From: Spirochaetia bacterium
GTDB lineage: Bacteria; Spirochaetota; Spirochaetia; CADAEX01
Length of the DNA: 43,470 bases
Direction: 5' to 3'
Assembly: GCA_045606105.1 (NCBI GenBank)
Contig: JAZURI010000004.1
Span: 1-43,470 of the forward strand
In this document: one piece after another, positions 38,310 to 43,470 of the stretch
How positions within the stretch are numbered: position 1 is the stretch's first letter
Layout of the letters: every line of letters begins with the position of its first letter
Notes under the pieces: generated by a model
The model's database searches: none
Told to the model about the DNA's origin: nothing
What the model saw: the letters and a program-made list of their open reading frames with translations, nothing else
Translations under genes and position numbers: made by a program

Positions 38310-38381
38310 TTTTATGTCCGCTCATATCAAAAACAATAAAAAATGACAGTTTGATTCAATTTCGAATCCTTCTCCATGTAA
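37296..38381. mobile_element. Single-gene yhcG insert flanked by exact 19-bp direct repeats
   Basis: CGAATCCTTCTCCATGTAA at 37296-37314 (lptB 3' end including the stop) and at 38363-38381; AT-rich interior. Confidence 0.8.
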
Positions 38382-38388
38382 AAAGGAC

Positions 38389-38419
38389 AAAAAAAACTCT
38401 CACCGATGGTGAGAGTTTT
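38389..38419 (-). terminator. Intrinsic terminator after tRNA-Leu (possibly bidirectional)
   Basis: AAAACTCTCACC-gat-GGTGAGAGTTTT (38393-38419), with U-tracts on both strands. Confidence 0.85.
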
Positions 38420-38420
38420 A

Positions 38421-38504
38421 TACCGGCGGTCGGAGTCGAACCGACACAGAGTTGCCCCCGACAGATTTTGAGTCTGTTGCGTCTACCAATTTCGCCACGC
38501 CGGC
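38421..38504 (-). tRNA. tRNA-Leu(CAA), CCA not encoded
   Basis: Acceptor GCCGGCG/CGCCGGT-A, D-loop TGGTA, anticodon arm ACAGA-ctCAAaa-TCTGT, long variable arm, GGTTCGACTCC T-arm; 84 nt. Confidence 0.97.
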
Positions 38505-38520
38505 CTGTGTTGTATTTCAT

Positions 38521-38557
38521 AAACTACATTGACTTTTCTTTTTTGTCAATCAATAAT
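38521..38557. promoter_or_regulatory. Overlapping divergent promoters (tRNA / radical SAM gene)
   Basis: Minus strand: TTGACA(38544-49)-17-TAGTTT. Plus strand: TTGACT(38529-34)-17-AATAAT, ending 7 nt before ATG 38565. Confidence 0.6.
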
Positions 38558-38564
38558 ATCAACG

Positions 38565-39485
38565 ATGTATACCAATTGCTCATTATGTCCAAGAAAATGC
38601 GGCATTGACAGAACCGCCGGAAAAACCGGTTTCTGCAGAGCCGGAGAGAGAATACGCCTCTCCTGCGCCACACTCCACTACGGGGAAGAGCCACCTATTA
38701 CAGGCAAGGGGGGAAGCGGTACCCTTTTCTTTACAGGCTGTACACTTCAGTGCAGATTCTGTCAGAATCATCAAATAAGCAGAGGGGGAATCGGCCGGGA
38801 TATAAGCACCGGTGAATTTGCCGATATCTGTCTTCAGCTTCAGGACAGAGGAGCCGAAAACATAAACCTGGTTACAGGCACCATGTACATTCCGTCCATT
38901 GCGGAGGGAATAACCAAAGCCAGAAAATCGGGGCTGGAAATTCCGGTTCTGTGGAATTCATCCGGCTACGAGGATATGGATGCGCTGGATATCATCAACA
39001 GCTTTACCGACGTATATCTTCCCGACATAAAGACTCTGAACCACACCTTTGCACGCTATTTCTTCAATGCACCCGACTATCCGGAAAGGGCAAAGGAGGC
39101 AGTGGAAAAGATGGCCGGATTCGGAAAACCTGAATTCAGGAACGATAAGATAATAAAAGGAACCATAGTACGCCATCTGGTTATTCCGGGCTATGTGGAA
39201 ATGACTGAAAAGGTACTCAGATGGTATGCCGAAAAGCTTATGGACAAGGCGCTGATTTCCGTCATGTTCCAGTACTCTCCCGAAGCGGCGGAAGGAGACG
39301 GCTTTCCCGACAGAACCCTGTCAAAAAGTGAAATGGACATGGTTTACGCCCTGCTGGACGAATACGGCATAGAAGACGGCTTTATCCAGGAGGAAGAGAT
39401 TTCCGACGAATGGAACCCGGACTTCAACAACAGATCTCCTTTCCCGGGAGGAACAGGAAAAACAGTATGGCACTGGAAGGACTGA
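38565..39485 (+). CDS. PflX-like radical SAM protein
   Basis: CSLCPRKCG, HYGEEPPI.G..GSGT, CTLQCRFCQN, DVYLPDIK and IVRHLVIPG motifs. Confidence 0.88.
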   Translation: MYTNCSLCPRKCGIDRTAGKTGFCRAGERIRLSCATLHYGEEPPITGKGGSGTLFFTGCTLQCRFCQNHQISRGGIGRDISTGEFADICLQLQDRGAENINLVTGTMYIPSIAEGITKARKSGLEIPVLWNSSGYEDMDALDIINSFTDVYLPDIKTLNHTFARYFFNAPDYPERAKEAVEKMAGFGKPEFRNDKIIKGTIVRHLVIPGYVEMTEKVLRWYAEKLMDKALISVMFQYSPEAAEGDGFPDRTLSKSEMDMVYALLDEYGIEDGFIQEEEISDEWNPDFNNRSPFPGGTGKTVWHWKD

Positions 39486-40639
39486 AAAAAAAGCTGCTGA
39501 TTATTCTTTTTTCCACCGCAGTTGTACTTCAGGCTCATGGCGTAACGGTCAGGGAAATAGAGGTAGAGGGGCTTAAAAAGACAAATCCCGAAAGATTCAT
39601 GAAGCTTCTGGAACGGTACAAAGGGAAAGAAGCCGACACCGAAGCTGTTACGGAAACCATACTCCGGACAGGGATTTTCGAAACTCCCGAAACAGAAGTC
39701 ACCGAAGAGGGAACACTCCGTATCAAAGTAAAGGAAAAATTCTCCTTTCTCCCCATTCCCTTTGCCTCTGCATCATCAGGCACCTATATGGGGGGCTTGG
39801 TCATCATGGACAACAATGCCTTCGGTCTCATGAACAGTCTGGCGGCAGGAGGTTTCTTTTCAGACAGCTCCTACAGCTTTTTCGCCGGATACAGCCACAG
39901 ACAGGGTGCCGACGAACCATTCGGATGGCAGTTTGCAGTCAACAGCGGAAAAACCGATGCAGAAACAGAAAATGAATACGGCACCGTGCTTCATAGGTAC
40001 TCCGGCACCAAATACGGAATCTCGGGAGGCATCAGCTGCCGGCCGCTTCCGGGAATAAGGCTGGGAACCAAGGCAGGCTACAGGACCTTTGACGGCGAGC
40101 CTTCGGTTCCGGTATCTGTTTCGGCCTCTGCAGGGAAAAGCAGCTGGAACGGCATCTTCATGAATACATCCTCTCTGGACATAACGGCAGAACACTCCTT
40201 CGGCTCGGAAGACAGGAGCTTTTCTTCAATTACCGTAAAGGGACTCTGGGAACAGCCCCTGCCCGGCAGGCTCAGACTTACGGCAGAAGCCGGCTGGTTC
40301 CATGCCCCTGATATTCCCCCTGAATACGCAGAATCCCCTTCCGTAACCGGAATCTCCCTTCTGGGAAGCAGATACAAGGTTTCTTCCGCCGCCTCCTGCG
40401 GCGCCGGCCTGGAATGGTGTGCCCTGAATCTGCCTTTCGGGATGCTGACCCTTTACGGACAGTATCAGCTGGCATATCTGGAAAATGTGACTTACGGGGA
40501 AACTCCTGCTCACGGACCTGTGGCAGGAATAAGATTTTACCTGAAAAAAATAGCATTCCCGGCCATCAACATCTATACTTCGTACAATGCCGACACCGGG
40601 AATCTGCGCACCTCGGCAGGAGCAGGATTCAGCTTCTGA
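39467..40639 (+). CDS. Short Omp85/POTRA-containing outer-membrane beta-barrel protein
   Basis: Signal peptide, POTRA-like IEVEGLKKT...TGIFE...IKVKEK, barrel start LPIPF..D.NAFG, terminal GFSF. Confidence 0.7.
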   Translation: MALEGLKKKLLIILFSTAVVLQAHGVTVREIEVEGLKKTNPERFMKLLERYKGKEADTEAVTETILRTGIFETPETEVTEEGTLRIKVKEKFSFLPIPFASASSGTYMGGLVIMDNNAFGLMNSLAAGGFFSDSSYSFFAGYSHRQGADEPFGWQFAVNSGKTDAETENEYGTVLHRYSGTKYGISGGISCRPLPGIRLGTKAGYRTFDGEPSVPVSVSASAGKSSWNGIFMNTSSLDITAEHSFGSEDRSFSSITVKGLWEQPLPGRLRLTAEAGWFHAPDIPPEYAESPSVTGISLLGSRYKVSSAASCGAGLEWCALNLPFGMLTLYGQYQLAYLENVTYGETPAHGPVAGIRFYLKKIAFPAINIYTSYNADTGNLRTSAGAGFSF

Positions 40640-40640
40640 A

Positions 40641-42509
40641 TCAGAGAGCCTTTTCTGCCAGGCGGTTTACTCTCTTTATGAATGCCGCAGGATCCCGGAT
40701 AGGAGCTCCTTCTGCAAGTTTTGCTTCATCAAGAAGAATAAAGCTGATATCTTCGATTGTCTGACTCTCCTCTGTTGCAGCCAGTCTCTTTACGATCTCG
40801 TGATCCGGATTGATCTCAAGCACCGGTGCAAATTCGGCATCCTGCTGTCCGATGGAACGGAGAATTGCCTGCATCTGGATAGTAGGATCGTTTTCGTCGG
40901 CTACAATACAGGACGGAGAATCGCTGAGTCTGCTTGAAGCAATTACGCTCTTTACGGAATCTCCCAGAACCTCCTTGATCTTTTCAAGCAGCGGCTTGAT
41001 TGCCTCAGCCTTTTCTTCTGCCTTTTCATCCTTCAGCTCTTCGGCAGAGCCTTTTCTGTTTACGGAAACCAGATCGTATTCCTTGTATTTTCCGATGTTA
41101 GGAATAACAATTTCGTCAATCCTGTCATCCATTACCAGAACTTCATAACCCTTTGCCTTATAGGCTTCCACCAGAGGGGAATTCTTGAGGGCTGTCTCCT
41201 TTCCGCCGGAAATGTAGTAGATGGACTTCTGTCCTTCCTTCATTCTCTCCACATACTCTGCAAAGCTTGTAAAACCGTCCACAGCTGTGGATCTGAAGCG
41301 GATAAGATCCATGAGTGTATCCATGTTGGACCAGTCTGAATAGAGCCCTTCCTTGAGTACAGCGTTGTACTGCGCAATGAACTCGCCGTACTTTTCCTTG
41401 TTGGAGGTGCTGAGAGCCTTGAGCTCTGAAAGAATCTTCTTTACGGATGCGTTGCGGATTGCTGCCATTACCTTGTTCTGCTGGAGAATCTCACGGCTTA
41501 CGTTGAGAGGAAGATCCTCGGAATCGATCACGCCCCTGAGGAAACGGAGATATACAGGGAGAAGCTCCTGGTCGTCATCTGTAATGAAAACCCTGGAAAC
41601 ATAAAGCTTTACACCCGGCTTATAGTCCGCATGCAGCATATCGAACGGCGCCTTTTTCGGAATATAGAAAAGTGTTGTGTATTCCAGTGTACCTTCCGCC
41701 TTTGTGTGGATATAGAAAAGCGGATCCTCTGTATCGTGGGCAAAATTCTTGTAGAATTCGTTGTAATCCTCTTCTGTAAGCTCTGACTTGGAGCGCTTCC
41801 AGAGAGCTGATGCAGAGTTAATCTGCTGGATTTTCTTCTCACGGATTTCCTTAGGATCCTTTTCGTCCCCTTCGTATCTGATGGCTGTGTATTCGAGATA
41901 GATAGGAAATGAAATGTGGTCAGAATATTTCTTGATAAGCATTTCAAGCTGCCAGCGTACGGCAAATTCCTTTCCTTCGTCATTGAGAAACAGAGTGATT
42001 TCGGTTCCGTAGTTTTCCTTGGCAGCAGGAGAGATGTCAAATTCCCCCTTGCCCTCGCTGGACCATTTCCATGCCTGACTGTCGCCTGCCTTTCTGGAAA
42101 GAACCTCGATACGGTCCGCAACCATGAAGGCGGAGTAGAAACCTACACCGAACTGTCCGATAAGGTTGGAATCCTTTCTGGCATCTCCTGTAAGACCGGC
42201 CAGGAAGCTCTTGGTTCCTGACTTGGCAATGGTTCCGAGATTCTGAGCCAGATCCTTTTCGTCCATACCAAGACCTGTATCTGCAATTGTAAGAGTCTTT
42301 GCCTCTTCGTCAAAACGGATATCGATTCTGTATTCCTGATCCAGATTCTTGAACCTGTCATCTGTCAGGGCCAGATATTTGAGCTTGTCCAGGGCATCGG
42401 AAGCGTTGGAAACCAGCTCTCTCAGAAAAATTTCCTTGTTGGAATAAAGAGAATGAATGATGAGATGCAGAAGCTGTGAAACTTCTGTCTGAAACTGATG
42501 TGTCGCCAT
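40641..42509 (-). CDS. htpG: Chaperone HtpG (Hsp90)
   Basis: YSNKEIFLRELVSNASDA, IGQFGVGFYSAF and DLPLNVSRE motifs. Confidence 0.98.
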   Translation of the reverse strand: MATHQFQTEVSQLLHLIIHSLYSNKEIFLRELVSNASDALDKLKYLALTDDRFKNLDQEYRIDIRFDEEAKTLTIADTGLGMDEKDLAQNLGTIAKSGTKSFLAGLTGDARKDSNLIGQFGVGFYSAFMVADRIEVLSRKAGDSQAWKWSSEGKGEFDISPAAKENYGTEITLFLNDEGKEFAVRWQLEMLIKKYSDHISFPIYLEYTAIRYEGDEKDPKEIREKKIQQINSASALWKRSKSELTEEDYNEFYKNFAHDTEDPLFYIHTKAEGTLEYTTLFYIPKKAPFDMLHADYKPGVKLYVSRVFITDDDQELLPVYLRFLRGVIDSEDLPLNVSREILQQNKVMAAIRNASVKKILSELKALSTSNKEKYGEFIAQYNAVLKEGLYSDWSNMDTLMDLIRFRSTAVDGFTSFAEYVERMKEGQKSIYYISGGKETALKNSPLVEAYKAKGYEVLVMDDRIDEIVIPNIGKYKEYDLVSVNRKGSAEELKDEKAEEKAEAIKPLLEKIKEVLGDSVKSVIASSRLSDSPSCIVADENDPTIQMQAILRSIGQQDAEFAPVLEINPDHEIVKRLAATEESQTIEDISFILLDEAKLAEGAPIRDPAAFIKRVNRLAEKAL

Positions 42510-42576
42510 TTGAATTAAACTCCTTTATTAAAATATAATAAATTTAAGGTTTACAGGCAAGTTCTTTTCAAGGCAT

Positions 42577-42601
42577 AAAAAAACCCCGTCCGGAAACGGG
42601 G
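42577..42601 (-). terminator. Intrinsic terminator
   Basis: CCCCGT-ccggaa-ACGGGG followed by a U-tract on the minus strand. Confidence 0.75.
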
Positions 42602-42624
42602 CTTATTAAAGTCAGACCTTTAAA

Positions 42625-43470
42625 TCAGTAATCTATTCCGTCAACGGAAATAAATCCGTCTCCGTCGTTGCTTACATCTGCTTCGCTGCCGCGGAGTGTT
42701 GCACCTGTACAGGTTATTCTTCCGTCAGGGTTGTAGCTTTCGACATATGTTGCAAGTGCATAATGTCCGGTATATGTTCCCCCCTCAATTTCAACTGCTC
42801 CATTGTAGGATGCAACTACTGCAGTACCCTGCCAGTGTGCCTCTCCTACATAATTGGATGTTACGGTACAGTCCTTGATCTTAAATGCCTCTCCTGAAAG
42901 ATCTGAACGTGAAACTTCAATACATGCACCTTTTCTGGAAACAACTTCTGCTCCTTCAATTAAACCCTTGCATGCATAAAGGAAAATACAGTTTTCATTT
43001 CCGAAATAAGCATCATTGCTTGTCTTTTCAAAGTATCCGCCCTTGATTTCTACTGTAGCATAAGCCCAATGCATACAACCAGGCGCAAATGACCATGAAC
43101 AGAATTCATTTGCTTCTTCGTGAGCATAGGTGGTAATTACACTTTTACTTGCAACAGCCCTTACATCAGTCAGCTTGATTACAGGACCGTTGTCAGGGTC
43201 TTCTGTAGGGTTATAGAGGATAATAAGTCCGCAATGAGGTTTGTTTTCTCCGATAAGAGTTACGTTCTCGAGCTCAAGTGTTGCTCCCGGACCCACCTTG
43301 AAAAGGGCCTCCACCGGTTCGTTAGCTTCAATCACTGTTCCACCGGCTGCTCCGTCCTTCATTGACTTTCCGCTGCCTGCAGACTGTCCCTTGATTACAA
43401 GACTTCCTCCATCTTCAACAACGAATGCCGAACCGGAACCTTCATACTCGATTTCTGAATCGCCTGTAAG
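42625..43470 (-). CDS. C-terminal part of a probable beta-helix surface protein, 5'-truncated by the window
   Basis: Frame is open to the window end (LTGDSEIEYEGSGSAFVVEDGGSLVIKG...); repeated V.I.GG.F/Y-like turns. Confidence 0.6.
   Translation of the reverse strand, partial: LTGDSEIEYEGSGSAFVVEDGGSLVIKGQSAGSGKSMKDGAAGGTVIEANEPVEALFKVGPGATLELENVTLIGENKPHCGLIILYNPTEDPDNGPVIKLTDVRAVASKSVITTYAHEEANEFCSWSFAPGCMHWAYATVEIKGGYFEKTSNDAYFGNENCIFLYACKGLIEGAEVVSRKGACIEVSRSDLSGEAFKIKDCTVTSNYVGEAHWQGTAVVASYNGAVEIEGGTYTGHYALATYVESYNPDGRITCTGATLRGSEADVSNDGDGFISVDGIDY

Noticed and set aside
38421-38504. tRNA-Leu 3' end as the att site of the yhcG insert
   Set aside because: I saw no duplicate of the tRNA 3' end; the flanking repeat is the lptB 3' end.
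42510-42576. CIRCE or sigma32 heat-shock element before htpG
   Set aside because: No CIRCE inverted repeat; CTTGAA is present but without a CCCCAT -10, and an ordinary TTGCCT-17-TATATT fits.

Overview
Bacterial chromosome segment, probably from an anaerobic spirochaete (inferred from the short ParC/ParE pair, the STAS-Zn-ribbon protein and the lptCAB arrangement). Most of it is housekeeping: ptp, ade, an aminotransferase-iorAB-paaK-amidohydrolase-carB operon, ddl, slyD, ygiQ, argRCBDG with ARG boxes, a FadL-like porin, parEC, djlA, lptCAB, tRNA-Leu(CAA), a PflX-like radical SAM gene, an Omp85-like gene and htpG. Four AT-rich accessory patches interrupt it. (1) A defence-island-like block at the left edge (SMC/ABC ATPase tail, AlbA_2 ATPase, an internally deleted yhcG, DUF2971). 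(2) An integrase-less 1.35-kb ogt + ParD/ParE cassette inserted in ygiQ, which duplicates the last 234 bp of the gene. (3) An XRE/hypothetical/hicAB patch followed by a strongly structured intergenic region. (4) A single-gene yhcG (DUF1016) insert flanked by exact 19-bp direct repeats of the lptB 3' end. The most striking observation concerns patch 4: a palindrome inside the yhcG coding sequence is 21/23 identical to the tRNA-Leu terminator hairpin just outside the insert. All calls are by eye from motifs; no database searches were run.
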